A stretch of 64,000 nt of DNA from Raja brachyura (taxonomy: Eukaryota), in assembly GCA_963514005.1 (NCBI GenBank), contig OY740812.1, positions 17,980,001-18,044,000 of the forward strand, read 5' to 3'. Each line of letters begins with the position of its first letter. Position 1 is the stretch's first letter. The notes under the pieces were generated by a model. That model was not told the DNA's origin. It made no database searches and saw only the letters and a list, made by a program, of their open reading frames with translations. Below, piece by piece: positions 1 to 12,290 of the stretch. A program made the position numbers and the translations under genes.

Positions 1-367
1 AGCAGGCCATTGTAAGCTGTTTCTGGTGTGAAAATGAGAAGCTAGTGCGACTTGGGGGGGGAGATGGAGAAGGAATGTCAGGGCCCGAGGGCTGAGGGAG
101 AGGTGCGGGGGTGGGGGGAAAGGAGCAGTCTGGGTTAACAGAATTGAGAAAATTCAATGTTTAAGCCCAGAGGATGCAGACTCCCCAAGCGGAATATGAG
201 ATGTTGTTCCTCAAACTTGCGGTGTTGTTCACTCTGGCCATGGAGGAGGCCCAGGACCGAGAGGTCGGATACGGAGTGGGAGGGGGAGTTGAAGTGCTGA
301 GCCACCGGGAGGTCGGGTTGGTTATTGCGGACCGAGCGGAGGTGTTCGGCGAAACGATCGCCTAGCC
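1..367 (-). mobile_element. Penelope-like element fragment (GIY-YIG C-terminus and pLTR), continuing beyond the window
   Basis: Near-identical reverse complement of about 11695-12062. Confidence 0.9.
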
Positions 368-836
368 AGGTGACCGATGGGTGGTGTGGATCTGATGGGC
401 CGAAGGGCCCGTTTCCATGCTCTATCTTTCATTCAAAAAGCCATCCAACGAATGTGTCACTGTTATTAAAGGGCAATGCCAGACAACTATTTTTTTTTAC
501 TGAAGAACGGTCAAGACCCAAAACGTTGCTGGTCCATTTCCCTCCACAGATGGTGCCTGGCCTGCTGAGTTAATCCAGCACTGTTTTTTTTAAAAATTGT
601 AACTCAATATTTGCAGTTCCTTATATCTCAACTTTTTTTCCTGCAAGTTATGGTTATTTTAGGTCAGACCTCAAGAGTGTGAATAAAATCAATATGTGGC
701 ACTGACATTGCCATGCTTTCCCTGCAAAGGCTCGGATTGCCAAAGCAAATACATCTTAAAGGCATAATGCAAAAGTGTAGTACATGGAGGCACTCATACG
801 GATCAGATGAATACTAGGAAACTGACTCCTAGAAGG

Positions 837-1116
837 AGGCACAGTGGTGGTGTAGCTGCCTCACAGCGCTAGAGACCCGGGTTCGATTCTGAATACGGGT
901 GCTGTCTGTACAGAGTTCGTACATTCTCCTCGTGACCGGCGTGGGTTTTCTCCGATTTCTTCCCACACTCGAAAATGTACAGGTTTTGTTGGTAAATTAG
1001 CTGGGTATAATTGTAAATTGTCTCTAGTATGTGCAGGAAAGTGATAGCGTGTGGGGATCACTGTTCAGTACGGACTCAGTGGGCCGAAGGGCCTGTTTCC
1101 ACGCTGTATCACTAAA
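837..1116 (+). mobile_element. tRNA-derived V-SINE/HE1-type SINE
   Basis: tRNA-like head with B box ggttcgattc, central gtacattctcctcgtgacc..gtgggtttt domain, CR1-like tail gggccgaagggcctgtttcc. Confidence 0.8.
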
Positions 1117-1158
1117 ATAAAGGCGGCTTTCCGCAATGCAGACACGTACCATGGTTTC

Positions 1159-1272
1159 TCAGCTCCTCCTCCTGCGCAGGAAGACATGGACAATCCACTG
1201 AGCAACGAAGGGCCACAAAACCAGAAAGATCAGGGTGCGTCTGGATGGGCTGAACAGCCACCTGGAAGTTCT
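1159..1272 (-). CDS. ACBD4: ACBD4-like last coding exon, tail anchor (RTSRWLFSPSRRTLIFLVLWPFVAQWIVHVFLRRRRS*)
   Basis: Hydrophobic TM segment with WPF.AQW motif and basic tail typical of peroxisomal tail-anchored ACBD4/5; acceptor cttttag|; TGA at 1159-1161. Confidence 0.93.
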   Translation of the reverse strand, partial: RTSRWLFSPSRRTLIFLVLWPFVAQWIVHVFLRRRRS

Positions 1273-2005
1273 CTAAAAGTAACAGAGAATGAACCGGCTG
1301 AGAGAGATGCTATGATGTATCATAATAGCGATCATAAAATTACAATCAAACGAGTCTTCCCTCACCTTCCCTATTCCAAAGAAGAGTCTCCTAATAATTT
1401 TCCCATTTTCCTCACCGACAATAAAAATGGTTCTATGGTTCAATAAATTTACTATGGTTCAATGGTTCAAGAATTACATACTGGAAATGTTGTTTGTTAT
1501 ACAATCTGATAACCTTCCCACCTCACGCAGCGGATTGATGCATCCGACCTGTGTGAGCTTGGGACAGTTGTTATGTATCAGCAATTTATTTTTAATGTGC
1601 AGTAATTTCATATTGGACTGTAATAAATATTTCTGATTGAGGTGTGAAAGAGACAAGAAACATGGCCATGAAGTGTGGACATGTCAGCTTAAGTAATCAG
1701 TATACTCTCAATGGTCACTGAAAATTGACGAGGTGGGTGACCAGTCTTGGTGATGATCCGAGATCGGCTTGGGAAGTGGAACAAGGAACCTCTGTGCTCA
1801 GAAACGGAAGGGCCTATGCTGGAGGCGATTAATGTAATATTAGCGGAAGCCGCAGGTTGTGGTGTCACCAGAGGCGGCCGCGGGAGGCCCTACAGCAGTT
1901 GGGTGAGCTAGCTGACCAAGCACGGCCTGTGGCAGCTACACGGAGCAGCGGCATAAGGAGCCGACAGCATATCATAGGGCCAGGCCAACCCCTATTTCAT
2001 TGACG

Positions 2006-2232
2006 AGACACAAAATGCTGGAGTAACTCAGCAGAACAGGCAGCATCTCTGGAGAGAAGGAATGGGTGATGTTTCGGGTCGAGACCCTTCTTCAGACTGG
2101 AGTCTGAAGTAGGGTCTCAAGCCAAAAATGTGACCCATTCCTTCTATCCAGAGATGCTGCCTGCTCCGCTGAGTTACTCCAGCATTTTGTATCTATCTTC
2201 AGTTTAAAGCAGCAGCTGCAGTTCCCTCCTAC
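2006..2232. repeat. Inverted dimer of a Penelope pLTR-derived repeat
   Basis: ...gtttcgggtcgagacccttcttcagact is followed by agtctgaagtagggtctc...; arms of about 90 bp; homologous to the 3' end of the element at 12155-12290. Confidence 0.8.
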
Positions 2233-2736
2233 ATCCTACATCATTGTTTCAGCATCACCAGGATATTGGGTGTTAAAGTGAGAAAATAAAAAAATGCATA
2301 TTTCCTTATGCCAAAAATTGGACTTTTCAGAGACTTGGAAATTGCAAGATGATTCTGGAATGTGGTTCCCTTCTGCATGCTGTTCCAGAAGAGTCTACTT
2401 ACAAACACATCAATCCTGTCGGTGTATGATTGTACTCATGTGAAGTATGATTTGACCTGATAGCATGCAGAACTAGCTTGTCACTGTATCATGGCACACA
2501 TGACAGTAATAATCTACTGTAAACTAGAAAAAAAAGTTAAATTCAAGCTGATATTCCAATGAAAAAACTGAAGAAATCAGTGACTTTGTGTCAGTTGTAA
2601 ATGATCATCCACTCTCGGGTAAAACAAAACATTACATGTTGAAGGAGGATCTGGGGTAGAACAATAGGGGTTGGAGGAGTGAAATGATGAAACCATTATC
2701 CTCTCAATAGAGCAGCACTGTGGCACAGTGATGGGA

Positions 2737-3025
2737 GGCACAGTGGCGCAGCGGTAGAGTTGCAGGTTTACAGGGCCAGAAACCTGGGTTCAATCCTGTC
2801 CACGGATGTTGTCTGTACGGAGTTTGTACATTCTCCCCATGACCATTTGAGATTTCACCGGGTGCTCCAGTTTCCTCCCACATTCCAAAAACGTGCAGGT
2901 TTGTAGGTTAATTGGCTTTTGAAAATTCTCCCCAGTGTGTAGGATAGTACTAGTGTACACCTGATTGTTGGTTGATGCAGACTCGATGGGCCGAACGACC
3001 TATCTCCACGCTGTATTTCTATAAA
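2737..3025 (+). mobile_element. tRNA-derived V-SINE/HE1-type SINE
   Basis: A box tggcgcagcgg, B box ggttcaatcc, central gggtgctccagtttcctcccaca domain. Confidence 0.82.
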
Positions 3026-4995
3026 CCAATTTCATAGATCACAGTCACATTGCTGTTTGCAGGCTCGTTGGCTTTTTTTCTTCATAATAACAGTGACTAC
3101 ACCACAAACATAGTTTATTTTAGTCCAAACTCCGTACAGACATCACCCGTAGTTAGGATCGAACCCAGGTCTCCAGCGCTGTAAGGCAGCAACTCTACCG
3201 CTGCACCACTGTGCCGCAGTACTTCACTGATTACAAGATGCTTTGTAACATCAGGAGAATATATAAAGTGGATATTCTTTTCTTAATATTGAACGGGAGG
3301 AAGTATTGTCTACTTAAAATTTAAGGTTGAATGAAAGTAGCCAAGAAGTCAAAAGAGATAATTAACTGGTAAAAGCCACAAAATTAAACATGAAAACTAA
3401 TTCTATGACTATGCCAAGGGCACTACTATAAACGTAAGGAAAGTGTGGGACAAATCATCGTGAAACTTAAGGAGAATTGACATACAATGGGCAGAATCCC
3501 AAAAGGTGTTTTTCCATGATGTGCAATGCTGGGGTTTTCTCTTTAGATAGTTGTAACCGGAATGGGACATAGCTGGAGGTCAGCATCAGAACATCACAGA
3601 TGATTGAAAATTATCCTGCTTTTTTATCAAGGATCTGTTTTTTTTGAGGAGGTACAGAGGATAGAAAAGATGGAGGGATGGTGGTTGACATGAGCAGGCA
3701 GCCGTCATGAACGGGTGAACATTTATAAGATATTTGTACAGGTACACAGACAGAAAAGCTTTAGAGGGATATGGTTCAAATGGAAGCTAGTGGGCCTAGT
3801 GTTGATGGGGCATCTTCGTCAGCATGTGCAAATTGGGTTGAAGGGCCTGTTTTCCTGCAGTATGACTCTATAACAGTGTGCAGATCGCATTCAGGGCTGA
3901 TGGACACCATGTCATGCAATGGTGGAAGTGATGTTGGGTGATGGAGAACCAGGATATCGTTGCTGAATGCAAATACATTATTCTTCATTAAACTGTAGAT
4001 AGGGCTGATATAATCATGTAACAAGATTTACTTAAGATTGAAAATATCTGCTCCAGATTTACAAAAAGACAGATTAAAAACAATTTGAAATATATTTACA
4101 CAAAATATAAATGTACACAAAATTCAATAGAGCATGAAAAAATAAAATGGCTATGTCAAAGTTTAAACCCATTATATTCGGCAAAATGGCAGGGTACTTG
4201 GATGTTCCAATTAAATTGTCTATTTGATTTCTGATGCCCGCAGTTCACTAAAACTGTTAATAACTTCAGCTTTCATAAGCACAATACATAATTTTGTAAA
4301 AAAGACAAATACAAAGGGGAGCAGGAATAATGTCAACATGATTAAATTAGTAGATTGCCTTTCTAAGATATGAATGATATGGACCTGCAATTGCTGTGAC
4401 GTGCATATTAATACACAGACCCAGTTGTTCCAATTCAGAAATAATCTATTGTACACGGAATGTTCTAACACCTTTTAGAATGTGACACTGTGGCATGGAG
4501 GTAAAGTTAATGCGCCAGATACCAAGGCTTCAATCCTGACTACGCATGCTGTCTACATGGAGTTTGTACGCTCACCATGTGACTGCATGGGTTTCCTCCC
4601 ACAGTGCTCTGGTTTTCTCTCACAATCCACAGACATGCAGGCTTGCAGGCCAATTGTTTCCGGTAATTTGCTCGTAGTGTGTAGGATGTGAAACTGGGAT
4701 AACAGTGCAGGGGTGATTGTTGGTCAGCACAGACTCGGTGGGCCGAAGGGCCAGTTTCCATGCTGCATCTCTAAACTCAATTTCTCAGTTGGCACAAAGA
4801 CATTGCAACAATATACTTTAATCAAAGTTGAAAACACACAAGTCAATAGGAATACACCAATTGATCTGCATTTTATGAAAAAGATTGTAATTTTCAAATA
4901 AATGTGCAGAAAATTTCTCGAGAGCTAATCATATTTTGGTTCTGGTTCTATCTTTTAAAAAAATTCAAAACTTTTTGGTTCAGAAGAGAGCCTAA

Positions 4996-5242
4996 TGGGC
5001 CTGTCCCACTTAGGCTATTTTTAGGCGACTGTCATAGTCGTAGCAGGTCCCCGAAAAAACGGCGACTGGACCACCCTTCGATATAAAATTTGAAATAGAA
5101 TCATTACTTGAACAACCAAAAAAAACTCTTTGGGCGAATAAGGAGACTACTCACGGCCATACAGGTGACACCCCGGCGACCATGTGGTGACAGCCTTGTC
5201 GCCTGTAGTCGCCTAAAAAATAGCTTAAGTCGAACAGGCCCT
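4996..5242. mobile_element. PIF/Harbinger-type MITE, related subfamily
   Basis: TIRs gggcctgtcccacttaggctatttttaggcgact / agtcgcctaaaaaatagcttaagtcgaacaggccc; flanks TAA/TTA. Confidence 0.7.
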
Positions 5243-5342
5243 TTAGTCTTTAGAGCTGAAGCAACAAATCTTTTTCAAGGCAACTATGATTTCTGGGCAT
5301 TATTTAAAGAAGTCAGACAATAAATAACAAAGTCTGTAGATA

Positions 5343-6560
5343 TCTATATTACTAAAAGTCTGATCTTGACCACTTCCTGTTGTACTGTATATTGATTTTA
5401 GAAAAACCGCTGCCACTTATGGCTGTGATTTTTGGCCATCTTACTCAGTCCACCTCCGCTGCGCAGGACAAGAGGATTTTCCCCATTGATGAAAAATAAA
5501 AAGAGTTATTAGTGTTTAAAAAATGTTGATATTCTCTCTCCTGAAGGCCACCTCCCTTCCGGAGGGACCATAAAACCCGGAAGTGTTGAGTGCCTCAGTC
5601 TCTGCAAGATGGGGGGTGCGAGAGGGTCACATCTCTCAGTCTGAGTTGTGAATAACACTGAACACATGTCTACTAAACTGTGAGTGGTTTTACTGACCTG
5701 TCATTGCCCTTAATGTGGTTTGAAGATATAGTTTGGAAATGCCAAAGCTGTGTTGCCTTTGGTTTGGAAATGCTAAAGCTGTGTTGCCTTTGGTTTGGAA
5801 ATGCTAAAGCTGTGTTGCCTTTGGTTTGGAAATGCTAAAACTGTGTTGCCTAATTAAAGTTGCCTTGCCTAATTAAAGTTGCCTTGCCTATATAATTAAA
5901 AGTCTAATCTTGTCCACTTCCTGTTTATGCTTTATATTGATTTTAGAAAAAAAAGCTACCACATACAGCTGTGATTTTTGGCCATCTTACTCAGAGTCCC
6001 CCTCTGCTCAACAGGTGCCGAGAATTTTTCCCATCGATGAAAAATAAGCGTTATTAGTATTTTGTAACTGTTGAGATTCTCTCTCCTGTCAATCATGCCA
6101 TGAAGGCCATGCCCCTTCTGGTGGGAGGCGGGGGAGGGACTATAAAATCCAGAAGTGTGGACGTGGCTCACTCTCTGCAAGATGGAGGAGGGAGTGGTCA
6201 CGACTCGCTGTCTTTAATGGCCTTGCACCCTGCTTGAAATGGTATGAAACTGCACTTGAATTTGGTGGCCTTGCACCCTGCTTGAAATGGAATTTCAAGG
6301 AATAGCCGTGAGTCAACTGCCAGCCGACCAGCCATGAGTAAGTGAGCTGCCAGCACAACAGGCTTGAGTGACTGAGCAGCCAGCCCAAGAATCCATTCGG
6401 CCCACAATGTCCATACTAGCCCTCTGAAACCAGTCCCTTCAACCCACAACATGCATACTAACGCTCCAGAAAGCCCCCCCCCCCCACCACAGGCCACAAA
6501 TATGTTAATTTGTGGAGAGGTGGAATATTGCATTGGGGGACTAGCGCTCCCGTGTGATGC
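5343..6560 (+). mobile_element. Probable non-autonomous Helitron remnant with internal duplication
   Basis: Starts A|TCTATATTACTAAAA, a Helitron-like 5' end; about 5350-5640 recurs at about 5895-6180; internal minisatellite; no clean 3' hairpin with CTAG|T found. Confidence 0.45.
5731..5850. repeat. 31-bp minisatellite, about 4 copies (gtttggaaatgctaaagctgtgttgcctttg)
   Basis: Units start at 5731, 5762, 5793 and 5824. Confidence 0.9.
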
Positions 6561-7360
6561 TCGGATCTTAAAATTTGATGCACAAATTTTTTGTTAGAAT
6601 ACTAGACAGATATCATATTTCAGTTCAAGAATGATTGGAAAACTAAACTAAGCAATTGAAAATCTGTTATTAATCCAACATCAGTTACAGGCGTGTTCTC
6701 ATAATTTAAGTAGCCACTTAAATGTATTTTAACGGATGAATCCATTTAACTCAATAAAGGTGTCTCAAAGAGAGCTTGGTACAAGAATTTAGATATAGGC
6801 TTCAAGAAAAAAAAATGTATGAGCTCAAACAGAAAAAGCTAATGAAAAATTAGGACTGGTTCAAATGGACATTCTAATGGGCTGGTAAGAGAGCCTTAGC
6901 TTCCACGTCCTCAAGGTTGGCTGCGGGAGGCATTCTCACGGCACAAAGGCTGAAGGTGGCCGGGCGAGGAGAGAGAGTTCTCCTCGCCCGGCCACCTTCA
7001 CTGAACAATATGGACAAAGGCAATATAGTTCACTGAACAATATGGACAAAGGCAATTGCTGAAGGTCCTGCAGCAGCCTGGGGCTGGCCTGGATCGGACA
7101 TCTGCATGGATCAGACTGGACTTTGAAAATGGTGCCAAAACCTGCCACCTCTTGCATGCAATGTCTCAGTGGACTATATCGATGCACTTTGTACTAATCA
7201 GGGATTGTACTTTGAGTATGGTAATACTTTACTGAACTGTATGGAAAAAAAAGAATTTTACTCTACGTCCGTACTTGGGAAAGTAAAAGAACATTTACCA
7301 TTGGGGAAATTGTAAGTGAATTTCACTGGTGCCAAGTGATAGGAAGCGACCCTCGCTCAC

Positions 7361-7408
7361 CTGCCTCGGGCAGTGTGCCTGGCTCAAGTGATTTGAAACT
7401 ATCTTACT
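7361..7408 (-). CDS. ACBD4: Probable small ACBD4-like exon 9 (SKIVSNHLSQAHCPRQ)
   Basis: 48 nt, phase 0 to 0, strong donor CAG|GTGAGC, acceptor actgcag| with a weak pyrimidine tract. Position fits the short exon between coiled coil and TM exon in this family. It can be skipped without a frameshift. Confidence 0.6.
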
Positions 7409-8611
7409 CTGCAGTCTCGGGATTGGAACTGGTTTTCTATTTGTTTCATGGGATTGTAAGAAATCTTCTGTTGTTAGTGTTGGCTTTAAGTTATTTTTTA
7501 AGTTGAAAGATACAGCGTGGAAACAGGTGCTGCAGCCCACCAAGACCGCGCCGACCAACAATCCCCGCACACTAATGCTTTACCACACAAGCAAGAGACA
7601 ATTTACAATATTACCAGTTCAATAAACCTATAAACCTGCACATCTTTGAAGTTTGGGAGGAAACCAGAGCTCCCAGAAAAAGCCCGCACAATCACAGGGA
7701 GAATGTACAATCTCTGTACAAACAGCATGTGCAATCAGGATTGAACCCAGGTAAGTCAATTATTATTTGTAAAAAAATAATTTGACTTAAGTATAAAGGA
7801 ACACAGTTATAAAATGTATTTATAACAGGAATTTGGTGCAGGAGTAGGCCACAGCTATTCTGACATTTAATAACAGATCACAACTGATCTGATTGTAATC
7901 TCACATCCACATTTCTGAATATCCAAGGTAAACTTTCACCCCAACTCTGTGTTGTTCAAGACTCTTAACTCTGCTTCCCGTATATTGTGCACTAAATGAA
8001 TGTATCTCACACCTTAATCTGATGACATTGTTCTAAGGGTGTTACATTTAGTGTTTGTTTTTGGTGTGGAGATGTTGGAATATGTTCTTGTGATCCCCAA
8101 AACGCTATGCCATGGTCAAGGTGAATTTATTATTTTCACAAGACACATAGATTTGAGTTCATCGGAGACGGGGATTATTGTGTTAATGTCAGAAAACACA
8201 TTCACAACCTGTTCTTCCTATTGTACTTCAGACAGAGGTTAATGAGGAAGAAATCAGCCTTTACAACATTGACAGCAGCAAGTTTTTTTCAGTATAATTG
8301 TGATGTCATATGTAATGTGCATTGCACTGAAGCAAACACTGATATTTAAGAAAGTATGATATTATTAAAATAATTACTTTCATGACATTATTCACCTTAA
8401 ACAGAGTCATTTTCAAGCATGAAGGTTGCAACTCTGTTGCTTCCATCTAGAATAAGAAAGTAAAAATAAGTATTAATCATAAAAACTGATCTCATATTTC
8501 AGTAGGCTGTGTGTAAGAATTGCATTACAAAGCTTGTTTTCATAGTATTCAATGATCTGCCCATAAAAGGATTAAGCTTGAAGTGAGTGTATTTGTGGGA
8601 ATGAGTGTCAA

Positions 8612-9237
8612 TGAACAAAGAAAGCAAATGCAATGCTAGCATTTATTTCAAGAGGGCTTGTATACAGGGATGTCATGCTGAGGCTCTATGAGGTGCTGGT
8701 CAGGCTGCATTTGGAATATTGAGAGCAATTTGGGGCTCCATAACTGAGGAAGGATGTGCTGGCTCTGGAACAGTTCCAGAGGAGGTTTACAAGAATGATC
8801 CCAGGAATGAGTAGGTTAACTTATGATGATGACACAGGTTCTATATTCGCTGGAGTTTAGAAGAATGAGGGGGGACCTCATTGAAAACTACAGAATAGTG
8901 AAAGGCTTGGATAGAGTGGATGTAGAGAGGATGTTTCCACTAGCGGGAGAGTCTAGGACTAGGGGTCATAGCCTCAGAATTAAAGGACGTTCTTTTAGGA
9001 AGGATATGAGGATGAATTTCTTTAGTCAGAGGGCAGTGAATCTGTGGAAACATTTGCCACAGAAGGCTGTGGAGACAAAGTCAGTGGATATATTTAAGGA
9101 TAGATTTTGGATTAATATGGGTGTCAGAGAGAAGGCAGGAAAATGGGGTTAGGAGGGAGAGATAGATCAGCCATGATTAAATGGCGGAGTAGAGTTGATG
9201 GGCCGAATGGCCTAATTTTACTACTATCACTTATGAT
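8612..9237 (+). mobile_element. CR1 LINE 3' fragment
   Basis: LYSLEFRRMRGDLIE.Y.I.KGLDRVD...TRGHSLRIKG...FFSQR.VNLW and CR1 3'UTR. Confidence 0.88.
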
Positions 9238-11177
9238 CTGGAGGGCCATTCTTTGGAAAGTGAACCCAAATGTCACATCCGTGAAATACATTAAAAAAAT
9301 CTTGTAAGAGATTAATCTTATTCATTGCTATTTTCCTACCTACAGAACTATAATGCATGTCTGCTAAAAATATGAACATTCTTGCTTTTTAAAATTCAGA
9401 GTTTGTAAGATAAAACAGTTATGAAAAAAATGCTTCCGTGTGAGGTCACCAATGTGACCAGTCAGGTTTGACCTCTGACCCCAAACAAACATTGTCAGCA
9501 TAACATAAAAAATTCACTTGATAAACTTCGAAAAAAATGAATCACATATACAATACAAAGCAATATACCTGTGATGCTTTCAGAATTAGAACAGATGTAT
9601 TCCACAATTTTTCATATTTTGGTCACACACGTGACTAAGAATGGGCCTGAGTTTAGTTCCTCTCATGCTACTTTGTGAGAATTTATAGTTAAAAAGCAGG
9701 CCCAAATGAACAGATGTTCATGACCATGTACCATTGCAAGAAAACCTTAAACTTTTCTACCAACTGCTCAATATTTCTAATTATTGATAAGCACAAGTTA
9801 ACGTTTAGGTTAGTTTAGAGATACAGTGCAGAAACAGGCCCTTCGGCCCACCGACTAGCGATCCTCGCACACTAACACTATCCTACACACACTAAGGACA
9901 ATTTTACATTCCTCCTCCCCCCCCCCCCCCCCCCAAGCCAAATAACCTGCACAGCGGTTTTCTCCCACACATCCCAACATAAAGAAGATCTTGGAGAAAA
10001 CCACGCAGGTCACGGGAAGAACATACAAACTCTTTAAAGACAGCACCCAAATAGCCTCATTCTTTGCCATTAGGAAGACTGAACCCAATACCTTGAGCCT
10101 AACTGAAGTTCTCTAGGTCTAGTTTGTAATACAGCTGTTTCTATTCTATCCCTATTTTCCATACAGTAATTAACTTTTCCCCTGGTTACACTTCAGCTGA
10201 TTGTGACTATCAATAGGGACATTTGCAATATCACTTTACTCCAAGTAAACAGTATGAAAAACTTTGAGACACAAGGAACTGCAGTTGCTGGTTTACAAAT
10301 AAGTGACAAAGTGCTGGACAAACTCAGACACATCTCTGAAGAATATGGTAGATGATGTCTGAAGAAAGCTTCCAAACTAAAATGTCATCTATCCATGTTC
10401 TCCAGAGAAACTGCCTGATCTGCTGAGTTACGCCAGCACCTTGTGTACTCTTTTTTCAATTGAGAGAAAAAAAAACTTAACGTGCAGGTTTTACTCAGGG
10501 TGAATATTAAAAAACAACTTAATTCTGCTGAGTTGGCGTTATTCTCAGAATACGGCATATACAACTATTCCTGGGCGCACCTGTACAGGTGATGTTACTT
10601 CAGGTGCATCACCACACAATGCACATCACAACGGCACCAGTTCAATATTAATCACAGATCCTTCAAGCAGGAGTAGAATTCCAACTTTGGTAAGGGAAAA
10701 CAAAAAGCCTGCTCCAGATCCCCATCTGCTGATCTTTTTTGGGAACGTCATTTATGGAGCTCAGAAAGAGAGGATATGATCTGGCTTGTTTATATTGACA
10801 TCCTTTGCTGAATAGGACTGTCAAATTGCTCACTGCTATGCTAACACAGTCCCAGATAAGTCAGTGACAATGGACAATAGGTGCAGGAGCAGGCCATTCG
10901 TCCTTCGAGCCAGCACCGTCATTCAATATGATCATGGCTGACCTCAGGGAAAAAAAAAGGTAAAACCCCAGAGAGGAAAGTGTAAATTTTCACAGGTTTT
11001 GCCACACAAGAAATAATTTGCTCTAAGTGAAGTATTTAACCAGCTATTAATCACAATACATGTATGTTATCACTGTGGATATGACACTAATGATTTTGTA
11101 GAAATAATGCTGTGTTTTTAAATATTCTGATTCCACAAGTTTATTTGTACTGCAGAAACAATGCAGTTTGAATAGTA

Positions 11178-12290
11178 GGTTACACAAAATGTCCTCGTTC
11201 TTCAGAGAACGGGGTTTCCCCTCCCCCACTATGGATGAGGCTCGCACCAGGGTCTCCTCCATACCCCGCAACACTGCCCTCTCTTCCCATTCCTCCACTC
11301 ACAACAAGGGCCGAGTCCCCCTGGTCCTCACCTTTCACCCCACCAGCCAGCGCATACAACAGATAGTCCTCCGCCAGTTTTGCCACCTCCAACGTGACCC
11401 CTCCACTCGCCACATCTTCCCATCTCCCCCCGTCTGCCTTCCGCAAAGACCGCTCCCTCCGCAACTCCCTTGTCAATTCTTCCCTTCCCTCCCACTCCAC
11501 TCCTTCCCCGGGCACTTTCCCTTGCAACCGCAAGAGATGCTACACTTGTCCCTTCACCTCCCCCATCCACTCCTTTCAGGGACCCAAGCAGTCCTTCCAG
11601 GTCCGACAGAGGTTCACCTGCACCTCCTCCAACCTCATCTACTGCATCCGTTGCTCCAGATGCCAGCTGATCTACATCGGTGAGACCAAGCGGAGGCTGG
11701 GCGATCGTTTCGCCGAACACCTCCGCTCGGTCCGCAATAACCAACCCGACCTCCCGGTGGCTCAGCACTTCAACTCCCCCTCCCATTCCGTATCCGACCT
11801 CTCGGTCCTGGGCCTCCTCCACGGCCAGAGTGAGCAACACCGCAAGTTGGAGGAACAGCACCTCATATTCCGCTTGGGGAGTCTGCATCCTCTGGGCTTA
11901 AACATTGAATTTTCTCAATTCTGTTAACCCAGACTGCCCCCTCCCCCCCCCCACCTCTCCCTCAGCCCTCGGGCCCTGACATTCCTTCTCCATTCCCCCC
12001 CCCCCACCCCAGTCGCACTAGCTTCTCATTTTCACACCACAAACAGCTTACAATGGCCTGTCTCCTTTATCATCAATACTTTTTTGCATATCTTTCATTC
12101 ATTGTTCTTTATCTCTCCACATCACTGTTTATATCTCTCGTTTCCCTGATCCCTGACCAGTCTGAAGAAGGGTCTCGACCCGAAACGTCGCCCATCTCCT
12201 TCGCTCCTTAGATGCTGCTGCACCCGCTGAGTTTCTCCAGCTTTTTGTGTAACCCTCGATTCTCCAGCATCTGCAGTTCCTTCTTTAACA
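11178..12290 (+). mobile_element. 5'-truncated Penelope-like element (RT C-terminus, GIY-YIG endonuclease, 3' pLTR)
   Basis: ORF 11394..11927 has a Cys linker (CNRKRCYTC) and NLIYCIRC..CQLIYIGETKRRLGDRFAEH; frameshift near 11425; TSD gtttgaatagta at 11166-11177 and 12291-12302. Confidence 0.92.

Noticed and set aside
1051-1446. 131-aa plus-strand ORF
   Set aside because: It starts in a SINE and is the antisense shadow of the tail-anchor exon; no protein motif.
2737-2810. tRNA-like sequences at SINE heads
   Set aside because: These are A/B-box heads of SINEs, not complete cloverleaf tRNA genes.
5731-5890. CRISPR-like regular repeats
   Set aside because: Direct tandem units without unique spacers in eukaryotic DNA; this is a minisatellite.
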